A stretch of 51,725 nucleotides of DNA, filler included, from Jimgerdemannia flammicorona (lineage: Eukaryota), in NCBI GenBank assembly GCA_003990765.1. It is 2 parts of 2 records of this genome, joined end to end, with 100 filler letters (N's around TTAATTAATTAA, not from the genome) between each part and the next. Parts side by side here need not be neighbours in the genome. Positions count along the whole stretch, not along the records: positions 1 to 25,813 come from RBNJ01000788.1; positions 25,914 to 51,725 come from RBNJ01000789.1. One strand, written 5' to 3'. The translations under genes were made by a program, and so were the position numbers. This document shows positions 14,126 to 25,949 of this stretch, piece by piece; position 1 is the stretch's first letter; each line of letters opens with the position of its first letter. The notes under the pieces are model-generated. The model did no database searches. It saw nothing but the letters and a program-made list of their open reading frames with translations, and was not told the origin of the DNA.

Positions 14126-15444
14126 ATGAAATATCTTGAAGTGCCAGCCCTCGATGCTGTGAACAATATACTCTCATGGGAGACACCGGAATGCAAAATA
14201 TTTGGACGAGTCGAAGCCTACTCATGTATGTGCTTCCACGCTAACACCTGCACCACATCACCTGTGGGATAGACCCGTCTATCACCCATCACAACCGCCC
14301 TCATTCTTACTGTAACCGAAACACCGCCGCATTTACCAGGTAAATCTGCTGGAACCGACAAGAAGCTCTTCAAGCAGCTTGAAACTAGATACACTACAGA
14401 CCTATCGACGTCCCAAGGCTCTTTCTCTCCTGAGGATCACTTTCACATGGGCTCACCGTTTGGTCCCATGGACCAACCTTCGTCAAGAAAAACGCTATTC
14501 TACCTCATCGGTACCCTGAACTCCTCTTTCCCTGACTACGATTTCAGGTAAAGATATTTCGAGTGCTATACGAACAGAACTAGTATCGTTGAATAGTTGT
14601 AAACAACACTTACCGGACATTCACGCATATCAGCGAGGTGAAACCAGAACAATTCAGCAAACAGCCTTCATGTCAGTTGGTGATCAATTCTGTCAACAAC
14701 ACTCTCTTCAACATGGGCAACGAACGAATCGTCAAAGACCTTCGCCTGTGGGATGTCATTGACAACATTATCGATCTTAACGATTGCAACGTCTATTCGT
14801 ACAACCCGGACATGGATGACGATCCGAATGGCGAAGAAGGATCGATGTAAGTGTGTAGCTGGTTTTGGTGAATTGGACATGAGGCAATTCAGAGAGACAG
14901 CGTGATTCATATTGCAAACCCTCGAAGATATCTGATTTCCTAAAATGAATATTTCATAGCTGGTCGCTTAATTACTTCTTTTTCAATCGCAATCTGAAAC
15001 GGATGGTCTTCTTTTCACTTCGAAGTCTCAGGTAACCTATGCTTGATGTATATAGCGATTATCTCTATCAGTGACCAACTCCTGTCAACTACGAATGTTC
15101 AATTTCGTGTCATGGCTTACCCTTCTTTCTTTGCAACCGCTCGCCGCCCACACACAGTCCGAACGCACCGATGCAAGAGGGTGAGGACCTTGACGCGTTC
15201 TCTGACTCTGAAATTGATCCGAATCGTGAAGGGTATGTATGGATTCATGTATATATGAATCAGAGATATACAAATCTTGCCTGGTTGAGCAATCTGGTTT
15301 TGAGAATACGTTGTCCTCGATTCTCATTGTCTGTCGTTACTTGTTCATATAAATCCGTCAAAATATCGGCACGTCTATCTCCACTGTTGATCAATTAGAT
15401 ATGCTTACCAGGAATACGTGATGGGCGACATGGAAGGATTGTGA
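14126..15444 (+). CDS. MAF1: RNA polymerase III repressor Maf1, multi-exon
   Basis: MKYLE...[93 protein letters not shown]. Confidence 0.95.
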
Positions 15445-16501
15445 GAAGTATAATCGCCAACATTTCGCTACAATGCGAATTTCCCGATCTTGCAATTCGT
15501 GTGAGTCCGCGATGAGTCCTAGATTGCCGCAATATCGTCATCCCCTTTGCAGTTCTCTTCTAGTGTACAAATTTATTTGATTTATCGATGTTGGATGTTG
15601 TATATTAGTATTTTTCAAATCGAAACTCATCGTCCGTTGTTGAATGTTATTACTTGTTCCATGTAAACCTATCTGGAAACACCAGTTGTCCGATAAACAA
15701 ATCGATGCAAATAATTGTCACCTTTGTTCAAGTCTTCCAGATACGTTCGATGTCCACCAATTGTGGAGCAAAGGCCGCAAATTTTGCATGCCCCAGCCCC
15801 AATTGAGTATTCATTTTTATAGAAACATAATTAAAAAAACTGTGGTCATTGCTCCAGAGAAACAAATTGAATTCGGTGAACACAACCAACCCACCTGAGA
15901 TATTGGCTGCGAGACAGTTTTATTACTCCTACTAGTGTATGCAAAGACGGAACATCTAACAAGCATAGTTGGGCTGCTCGGAACTCGAACCGGACCGCCG
16001 CAGGCACACGTCGGTTTGCAGAGCGAATGCACCTCGAACCGTGGCAATATAGATAGAAACTTGCATCTTGGAGTGAGCATAGCTTCGATTAGATAAAAAT
16101 ATTGTTTTCTCCTGGTTGCGCAATGCTGGAGCCTCCAGTCGTGGAGTAGCGACCGTTCGCTAATTGCTGGGGTTAGGGCCTGATTCGAGATTGTAGGAGC
16201 AGAAAATTGAAAGGGTAGCGCAGGGTACTCGTCGTCGGAAGAGGTGAGGGATAAGAGTAGAAGTGTGGCTGAGGAATGCAATGAGGCGGCTTGTTGCCGG
16301 GGAGAAAGGTAGAACAGGAATCGGTGATGCAGGCCTGGACGTACCGGCGCCACGAGAAAACTTTAGAGGCAAGTATTGATAAAGGCATTAAAAAAAAAAA
16401 AAGAGCGGAAATACTAGGGCTAAGGTTCTGGAGCTGATGTTTTTTTTTCTTGTCTTTTGGCATGAATTTTCGTGACTCACTTGCTGCGCGTCCACTGAAT
16501 A

Positions 16502-16762
16502 GGAATTTGCGTGACTTCGTATTTCACCAAGCCACAATTCCGGTTCGACTCATCCGTCCATCTCAATCGCCCATCTCAATCTAATCGATTCCACCTATTG
16601 CTCGAGTCCCCACCAATATTCAATATATATTCAGTAGTCAGCAGTCAGCTTCTTCATCATTTTAGTCTTAGTCTTATTTTTATCTTAATCACCAACAATT
16701 TTAGTTTTCATTGCCAAGCTGACCGAGGATTGACAGTCACAAAATGAAGTCACGCAAATTCC
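16502..16762. repeat. 261-bp segment bounded by perfect 17-bp inverted repeats (possible MITE)
   Basis: GGAATTTGCGTGACTTC (16502-16518) and GAAGTCACGCAAATTCC (16746-16762). No convincing TSD. Confidence 0.5.
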
Positions 16763-16839
16763 GCCTGAACCATGGGTTAATTGATTATGACAAAAACAGA
16801 CTGCAAGTCATGTCAACCCGGCAGTCATCAGGGCTGGGG

Positions 16840-17490
16840 TAGGTACTACTTCAGTGAGACCTTTTGATTAATATAGAGCAGTTAAGTAATAGGTATCACT
16901 CTCAGCTTCTTTTGATGATATATGAGGTTGGGTTCCAGTTATTGGGAGGAGTTGGGGGGCCCAAGGCTATCTATTTCAGGTATCTTGGCTGCACTCAATT
17001 AGAACTGAGAGCTGACATGACAATGTGATCAAGGCCTGCAGGCTTGAGTAGTGAGATATTGGGGGTCTTCTCTCACCTTATATATAAGTTCTTTACTTAT
17101 GTATCTCATCTGGGAGAATCAGGTCCTATCTACTATGATGTACTTTGATGAGAGTTTTTTTCTTTATCTGTCATTCTTCTTAGAATAGCAGAGGCTATTC
17201 TATTCAGCTTAGGCATAACCTTATATATATATTAGGGTCTCAAGTATGCACTTCCAGTTATTGATATATGACTGGGTTTCCTCTGATAGTAAGAAGAGTA
17301 TAGTATATAGAATGAGGTATAGGCTACTATAGGCTCTGCTGTATTTAGTATAGTTGAGCTGCTGGATAATAGTTAGTCTAGATTAATAGAGGAGCAGTAC
17401 TTAGTGAGTAGTGGGAGAGAGTTTTGGTCTATATAGTCTAGGTTCTCTTTCAATAAAAATCTATAGGACTCTGAATCTGTAAAATAAAAA
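16840..17490. mobile_element. Degenerate, hypermutated repeat fragment of unknown family
   Basis: CpG-depleted, TpA-rich, no ORF. Abuts the truncated LTR of the old gypsy element. Confidence 0.35.
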
Positions 17491-20400
17491 AAAGATGACT
17501 AATAGAATTTTACAATATTTCAAAAGATTTTATAACTAGCTAAAATAAGATACTTAATACTAAAAAAGATAAAAATATTCTAGTAATATCTTGATACCAA
17601 GAGAAGATTTCTAAATATTCAAAAGATATTAAAATATAGTAGAATATTCAGAAAAAGATAAGAAAAGACTAGAGAAAAGATGTAAAAAAATATTAAAACT
17701 AAAATATGATTATAAAATTATTACATCTCTCTCTTTTTAAGAACTAATATCCTTATTGAGTTTTTAAGTAATATAAGACTAAATATATTTAACTAAAATT
17801 TCTCAAACTTATATTAGTACATTAGTAAGAACTACTCATCCTTATATAGAATAGAAAATCTATTACTAGACTAACTAACTGGAAGAGATTCAAACTTAGC
17901 TAGTAGCTTCATTTTGATAAACTTCTTATTTACTAGATGATCTTCTAGTTCTAAGATCTCAAAGTAAACTTCTGATATATAAAATACTAATTATTACTAT
18001 AGATCATTAATAATCCAAGAAAGTCACTATAGAGATTAAGTAATATATTTTATCTCAAAGTCTTGAACTAAATCTTGAAAGTTTTTAAGGTTAATCAGTA
18101 GTTCTTATATAGTATTATATTCAGAATAGTCCATCTACTTGACCAGATATTTAGGATAACAGTAGTGAATTCATTTGTTAAGAATTTTCTTAACTTTATA
18201 CTTAATATAGGTTTCAATAATTACAGAGGTAGATAGCTTGAGAATTTAACTAAGATAGAGTGGTAACTAGTTCCAGATCTTAAGATGTAATATATAAAAG
18301 ATTAGGTATACTCTTATAGTTTTAGGTAGTTTGAGATAATAGAAGAATATAGAGACTTATTCAGTAATCTTAAAGAGTCTAATATACTTGAGTTGGAATT
18401 TGTTCAATAGGTAGTTAATTTGAGATTATATCTTGGGGTTCTTAGTAAACAGTTGGACTTGATTATTAATAGTATAGATAATATTACAGTATTTCTTATC
18501 AGTATACTTGGCTTGATGCTGTTGGGTCTTCTGGAGGTTTATAGTAGCAATCTTAAGTAGTTTGTTCATTTTATCTATAAAATTCTTAGTAGTAGAGACT
18601 TATATTTAACTGCTTTTCTTGAAAGAAACTAGACTTGCAGGAGTCTTGAAATCTTGACTATAGAGTAGCCAAAAAGAAAAAAGACCAATAGATAATTAGA
18701 TGGTATTATTATATATAAATTCTGTATAAGTTAAGTAATAGTCTCAATTATCTTACTTATAAGAAATATAGTTTCTAAGTATTTATTCTAAAGTTCTGTT
18801 TATGACTCAGTTTGTCTATCAGTTTGCAGATAAAAGATAGTAAACATAGCTAGTTGAGTTTTCAGAGTCTTAAAGAGAGTTTACCAGAAGTAACTAGTGA
18901 ATTTGGGGTCATAGTTACTAATAATTACTTGTAGTAGATCATAGTAATAAAAGATAGACTTGAAGAAGACTCTTGTAATTTCAGGTATAGTAGCATTGAT
19001 AGTGATTGGTTCAGCAACTATAGTTTTGATCAGATAGTCAATAAATATAATAATAGCATTAGTACTAGATTGGATTTATAGTAGCTAAGTTATAAAGTCT
19101 ATTGTAACTTATTTAAATTTCTTAGTTAAAATTAGTAGTAGTTATAGTAAACTAGCTAGTACTTGATTGATAGACTTGTTGTACTGACAGAGATCACAGC
19201 TAGTAATATAATTCTTAATTTTCTTAACTATGCTTGACCAATAGTAGTGATATTGTATATTCTTAACAGTTTTCTCAATTCTAAAGTAACTGACAAGAGG
19301 AGAGTTATAATTTTCTTACAGTATCTTAAAGTATAGATTTATATTATTAAATAGATAGACTTTGTTTTGATAGTAGAGATCAGATTGTTCTCAGTAGTAT
19401 ATATATCCTTGAGCTTATTTGAGAAGACTTTAGTAGTAATAGTATCTTCTTTATAAGCTTATCTGATTTGATTTAGAAATTCTGATACTAAGATAACTTA
19501 TATAATTACAATAAGGTCTAGATATCTAGATAAGATATCTGGTACTATAAGTTTCTTACCAGGCTTATAGATAATCATCAGATTAAAGGTTTGAAGCTTT
19601 AAACTCTACTTGGCTTATAGATATAATAGAGTAGATTGAGTATTGATATACTTGAGTGATTGATAATCAGTAATAACATCAAACTCAATACCTTCTAGAT
19701 ATCATTACTAGTAGTTTAGTATATATATTATTACTAGTAGCTCTTTCTTGTGAGTGACTAGCTTTTGTTTAGCTAGGGTCAACTTGTAGAACTTAAAGAT
19801 AATAGAGTGGTATTCTTTACCATCTTATAATAGAACTGCTTAAATGGTAAAATTTAATACATTAGTAGTAATGGTAAATTTCAGACTTGAATCTGTATTA
19901 TATAAGACTAGAGTATAAGTTAGATAGTTTTTAAGTTCTTAGAAGACTTATTGACAAAAGAGATCTCAGATATAGAGTATATAGTAATCAGAGTTAGAGG
20001 TCTTTCTTATGAAATTAGTCAGTAGCTCAGTAATACCAGAGAAGTTTCTGATAAAGCAATAGTAGTAGCCAACTAGACTAAGAAAAGATCAGAGTTCTGT
20101 GAAGTTTAATAGAATAGACTATTCTTGAATTATCTCTATCTTATATAGATCTACTTGAATTTCTTATATAGAGATAATGTGATCAAAATATTTAACTTAT
20201 TCTTTGAAGAATTCACATTTTTTAAGCTTTATATAAAACTTGTATTTTTATAAAATCTTCAGAACTACTCAGATATACTTGAGATACTCTTCTTTAGTTA
20301 TACTAAAGATCAGAATATCATTAAGATATACCAACAAAAAGATGAATAGTTGGTCCTTAAATATCTTATTTATAAGAGTCTGGAATATAGTAGATATATT

Positions 20401-21420
20401 GGTAAAACCAAATACTAGAACTAGAAATTTATAGAGTTTAAAGGGAGTTATAAATACAGTCTTAATAATATCTTCTGGCTTAATTCAGATTTAGTAGTAA
20501 TCTGACATAAGGTTCAGCTTAGTGAAGTATGTAGCATTTTTGAGAATATCAAAAATTTGATCAATTAAGAGTAGCAGATATTAGTTCTTATCTATAAGCT
20601 TGTTAAATACTCAGTAGTCTATATATTATATAAGATACTATCTTTTTTCTTAACAAATAAGACTGGTGAGCTATAGGAGAATTTGCTTGATTGAATAGCT
20701 CCTCATATAAGTAATTATTCTAATTTCTTCTTAACTACTTCAATTTTGAGAGATGACATATAGTATATGTATATATTTTTTAGAAGATATAGCTCCTGAG
20801 ATCAGTTTAATTTTATGATCAACTTCTTATACAGAGAGTAGACTAGGTAGTTTGTCTGGAAAGATATCCTTAAATTCTTTAAGCAATAACTTAATACTTT
20901 TATTAATTGATAGCTTTTTGTCTTGCTTCTTGAGATAAACTATTGTAATAAAAGTATATACTGTTTTCTTGAGTATTTTCTTATACTGTATTGCTGATAG
21001 TATTGCAATCTGAGTTTTGTTTATAGGCTTGTCTGTCTTGATAGTAATATTGACTCCTTCTTAAAGTAGAGTAACTTTATTCTTATATTAATTAATATTC
21101 AGATTATATTTCATAAGCCAGAGTTTTCCTAAGATCAAATTATGATCTTCTAGTAATACAACCTTGAAGTCTACTTATTCTTAATATTTCTGGATCTTGA
21201 TGAGTAGTTTGGCAGCAATTAACTCAATAGAATACAGTATACCATCTATAGTAACTATATTGTTATTCTTGAGTATAGGCTTGGTAAGAATCTTGAGGTT
21301 TTTGATAAGATTCTGATTGATGAAGTTTTCTATAACTCTACTATCTATAAGTACTTGAACTTTCTTTCCTTTAATGAGATCTTTGAAAATGAGTATAACT
21401 TGAGCTCAGTTTTTAGTAAG

Positions 21421-23429
21421 TGTAAGCATACAACCTCCAAGCTACCAAAATCACACATGACCTCTGAACAAATCTGGAAATCACCTGTTTGATCACAAAG
21501 CTGAGTCAATATAAAGTTACAGAACACAAAATTCACACAAATGGAATCTTACCAATCAGGACCAAATACATATATACTGAGTACCAAGATATGTCAAATC
21601 AGAGAACTAAAACAAAACAACAACTACAACTTTCAAACACACAAACATGACCACTGAGATCTACACCTGTATCTGCACTGACATTTAGAATGCTATTGTC
21701 AACCAAGCCACACCCCCTCTATCCCTCATGAATATCCATAGCCTAGCACTCCTCTACTTCATGGAAGCCTAATGGAATGCTCTGAATATGCTTAGCGAGG
21801 CCCACCGAATTGGACAAATTTCAAGCTACTACTAGATTAGCCGCCTTCTAGAAGATATGATCGAACACTACCATAATACAAACATTACCCAGATGTCTCA
21901 ACACCAGAAGCTCATTGCCTACAAACATCGAGAACTCTTTTACAAGTATAGTACCATTATTCCCCGCCTTCAAGTTATTACCAGTAAAATGGTTGCTACC
22001 CTGTCCTATGACCAAATCGATGACATGATACAAGAACTCAACCACAAGTACCTTAAGTATGTCAAAACTACAGACAGAACCTTCCCACACCCCAATGATC
22101 ATATCCTGCAAATGCCCCAAGTTGGATACGCCATGAAGGACATCTATGATATAATCCACTTTGATGAAGATGAAGCAGAAGACAATGATCCCTCTGATAC
22201 TGATATGACCCTAAGCCAAGGATCCCTGTCAACACTAATTATACCACCAACCTTGCCAATGAACTTACAACAGTTCATAACCACATATGAGACTTATTGG
22301 AACAATGACCACTGGCACGAATACCAATCCACGTTCACTCCCAATTACTTCAACTATAATGAAGAGACTGGAGAACACAACCTATACCTCCAGACAACCC
22401 TTGAGATTGAACCAACTACTCCACCATCCAAGTATGAGTAATATGAACTACAGCTACTAGCTTACTACAACCCCATGACTCATAGTGCTATAACCTACAG
22501 AAGTATGCAGACAGCGAATCTAATGAAAGTGAAGATAATGTATCTCTCCTTCACCCACCAACATCTTACCCAGCATACAAAATTAATGATACCATCTTGT
22601 GGGATGGAGATGAAGTCCTAATGTATTATTACCTCAGCGAATAAGGAGAAGTAATCTGCGAACCACTCTTCCTAGATGACTACTTTATCAGAGATGATAT
22701 AATTGATGGTAATGTCATCAAGAACTACCCAGAAAGTGCCTAAACTATAAATAGCCTAGCAGTCATAGTATAGTTAGATTAGCCTTATATGATATGACTG
22801 TGAACTGACTCAGCAGTCAGATGATCTCTTGATATATCAGATCATACTTATACTATGTAACTGTATTCTGACTCAGCAAAGCACTTAGTGCTATATCCAT
22901 ATCTAGTATAGTTCAGATAGCCCCTCACTAGTATAAATGCCCCCTTCCCCAGACCTTAGAATCTCAGATTTGAATACTTGAACAATCCGAACACAACTCC
23001 TGAGCACTTCCCCACAATATCCCTTCACACAACTGCTCCTAGTATAGCAATATCATAAATAGTGAATAAACCTATTTAATAATCCACAAACCACTCTTAA
23101 GTAAATTTATTCCTTGTTAGATCCCACTCCTAACCCCATCATGAAATTTCCTAATTGGGTATTGTCTGCAGCAATATGTCAATTCAACTAAGCTGGTCTT
23201 AGTTTCTTGAACTTCCTGAAATATGGAAAATTCTAAACATCTAGAACTAGTCCGAAAAAAGGACTTTGGTTGAGACATCAATCTGAACTTGAAATCAATA
23301 AGTGTAGAGGATGTACTCTATATAAAATTGATCTTGACCATAAGAAAACAGTCTTCCAGAATATCTAGAACTTCCAGAAAACCCTTCCAGAACTATGTAA
23401 TAGTTACCTTAAAAAGCAACCCTCTTATA
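21421..23429 (+). mobile_element. Solo LTR (2009 bp) of the long-LTR family
   Basis: TGTAAG...CTTATA (terminal CA mutated to TA), with 5-bp TSD GTAAG at 21416-21420 and 23430-23434. Colinear with the reverse complement of 41170-43243. Confidence 0.95.
21647..22743 (+). pseudogene. LTR-encoded ORF (solo-LTR copy), disrupted
   Basis: MTTEIY...YPESA*. Several C-to-T/G-to-A stops and a 1-nt deletion near 22502. Confidence 0.8.
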
Positions 23430-25813
23430 GTAAGACTTACTGCTTAATTAGTACTACCAAAATATTTTTAGTCTTACTTAGTTTAACTAGCTTTTTTTAG
23501 AATCATTTGTATGACTCAGTCTCCTTCCTTAACTGTATAGTCTTGATCTTTCTGATTAATAAGTAAGACTTAAACTTGTTCTCAATAGTCTAAATCAATA
23601 ATACTAGTACTAATATCCAAATGATATTTGATACTAAGTTCTGATTATAGTGTAATTTTAGTATAATATTCTTCAGAATATTAGATTACAATTCTAGTAG
23701 ATATCAGAGTTCAGTCTTTAGCTAGAATAGTAACTTACTTAACAGAGTATAGGTTAAAATCAATGACTCTTTCTAATTGACATTGAGGAATCTGGGCCTT
23801 TAGATGAAGCTTCTTGATCTTGGGTTCAGATTGACTAATAGTAGGATTGATAGATACATATATCTTTGGACAATACAATAATTGGTCTTGATAGTTTACT
23901 GGTCTTCTTAGGATATTTATTTGTAATGTATCCTATTTAACAACAGAAGAAATAAGCTCTAGATTTCTTTAAACAATTCTTTTCTTTTAGAATAAGCTTA
24001 ATATTCTTCTTATTTATAGTATCTAAGTCTATTGGTACTGAGCTAACTGCTTTGGGTTAGTTCTTGTGATAGTTCTCAAAATAGTTCTTCTTGTGATATT
24101 TTGGTTTAAAGTAGTTGCTAAAGATGATAACATTAAATCTATTAGTAATTCTCATAGCTTTATTGAAGGTCTATGGCTTCTCTAACTCAATCTTAACTTA
24201 TGTATTTTCTTTCAGATCTTAAATATAGTGATCTATCTTTTTATCTTTAGCAATTACTAGTAGTTTAAGTAGAATTAATAGAAATTATACATTATAACTT
24301 TATATAGACTTGAGTTACTTGATGTTTACTAACTTATCTCAAACTAGCTTAATAGTATTAGCAGACTTGAACTGCTAGTAAAGGACCTCCTTGAAGGATT
24401 TCTAATCTTGGATTCTTGTGTTTAAATAAGAAGTAGTGGTTATAATATAATTATACTATCAAATAGCTATATTTCCTCAGAAGAGTATAATAGCAAATTA
24501 GACTTATATATCTTCTTTTATTCTTATAAGTTTGAAGTATTGGTCCAACTAAAAGGTCTATATATCTATAGTCAGTTCTCTTCAATAACTATTAAAGATA
24601 TCTGACTTGAGTAGCTTAAAGCTAACTAGTATGATAGTAGAATATAATATAGTTATAGTTCTTGTTTTCTGATATTCTAGTTATACTTGAAGTTATTGAA
24701 TTTGATGAGCCATAGTGGTAATTATATTCTCTAGATTGACTTATAGTTCTATATTATCTGTTTCTTCTATAGCAGAGAGATCTAGATAGTAGGCTGATTC
24801 TCCATAGCTCATTTGGACTTATATAATCAGTTGTGACTAGTTTTCAAATTCATATAAGGTTTTTTAATAAGGCAAGATATAATAACACTACTGCTACTAA
24901 GTGTAATAGTTCTAGTTTCTTTAAGAGAAAGTACTAAGTTTTGAAAATTCTAATGAGTCTAAAGTAATTTAAAGAGATACTTATAGGTTTAAGTATTCTT
25001 AAAGAAATTTTAGAAAAAAATATTCTAAGCTTTATTTAAATAGAAAATAAGGATATTTATACAGAATTTGAAAGAAAGATCTAAAAGGATTTTAGAAAAA
25101 AAGAGAAAAGTCAAGAAATAGGTTCTCAGTAAAAATGACTAATAGAATTCTATAATATTCCAAAAGGTTCTATGACTAGCTAAAATAAGATACTTAATAT
25201 CTAGAAAAGACAAAAATGTTCTAATGATGTCTTAGTGTCAAAAGAAGATTTCTAAATATTCAAAAGGTACTAGAATATAATAGAATATTTAGAAAAAAAC
25301 AAAAAAAGACTAAAGAAAAGATATAAAAAGTATTAAGACTAAAATATGACTGTGAAATTATTATATTAACAGATTTTGCTATAAAGCTATAGATCTTAAA
25401 AAAAGAGAACAATATGAAGTAAATTTAGTTATACTATGAGATTTAAATATAGTAGTGAAAAGGCAATCTATATTTACTATCAGTTGCTCTAAAAAGGCTA
25501 CTATATATATATAGCTATAAGGTCTGTAAATTCTGAAATCTAAAGAATCACTATAAGTTATTACCAGAATTCTCTCTCATCATTATCATTGCCATTACTA
25601 TTGCTATTACTATCACTACTTTAGCTCTTAATAAGTAGTTTATATACTATCTATATAAGAAAAAATTTAATATTATTAGTAGAGAGTATTTTTTTATCTC
25701 AAATATTCTCTTTTTTAATAATTATTAATAAATAAAACAAGTAGACTAATATATAATTAAGAACTACTATTTATTTATTTATAATATAATAGTGCAGTAA
25801 GATAGAAAAAAAA

Positions 25814-25913
25814 NNNNNNNNNNNNNNNNNNNNNNNNNNNNNNNNNNNNNNNNNNNNTTAATTAATTAANNNNNNNNNNNNNNNNNNNNNNNNNNNNNNN
25901 NNNNNNNNNNNNN
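25814..25913. other. Assembly gap with artificial linker
   Basis: N-run, TTAATTAATTAA (25858-25869, stops in all frames), N-run; 100 nt in total. Confidence 0.95.
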
Positions 25914-25949
25914 AAAAAAAAACACACTATCACGCCGTAGCCATTAACA

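Larger units (their letters stand above)
17492..25365 (-). mobile_element. Old, heavily mutated chromoviral Ty3/gypsy retrotransposon, interrupted by a solo LTR of another family
   Basis: 5' LTR at 24902-25365; truncated 3' LTR at ~17492-17725 matches ~25132-25365. PPT at 17726-17741 and mutated PBS TAGTAGCAG at ~24891-24899. Minus-strand remnants: gag zinc knuckle (~23912-23960), RT VYLNDILIFS (YLND 20317-20328), integrase (~18700-19140), chromodomain KYKVKKILNK..YLVK*MDY (~18080-18205). Confidence 0.92.

Noticed and set aside
15965..16050. tRNA-like fragments on the minus strand (GGTTCGAGTTCC, CTGCAAA)
   Set aside because: No acceptor or anticodon stem can be formed; not tRNA-Sec or tRNA-Cys.
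16165..16182. CCCTAACCC telomerase-template-like motif on the minus strand
   Set aside because: No downstream pseudoknot partner found; a 9-mer is expected by chance. The same applies to TTAGGGTTAG at ~37194 in an intron.
15817..16353. 178-aa minus-strand ORF
   Set aside because: GTG start, no recognisable motif, no supporting splice structure.
25858..25869. TTAATTAATTAA palindrome inside the N run
   Set aside because: Typical artificial all-frame stop linker; not biological, and adjacency across it cannot be trusted.
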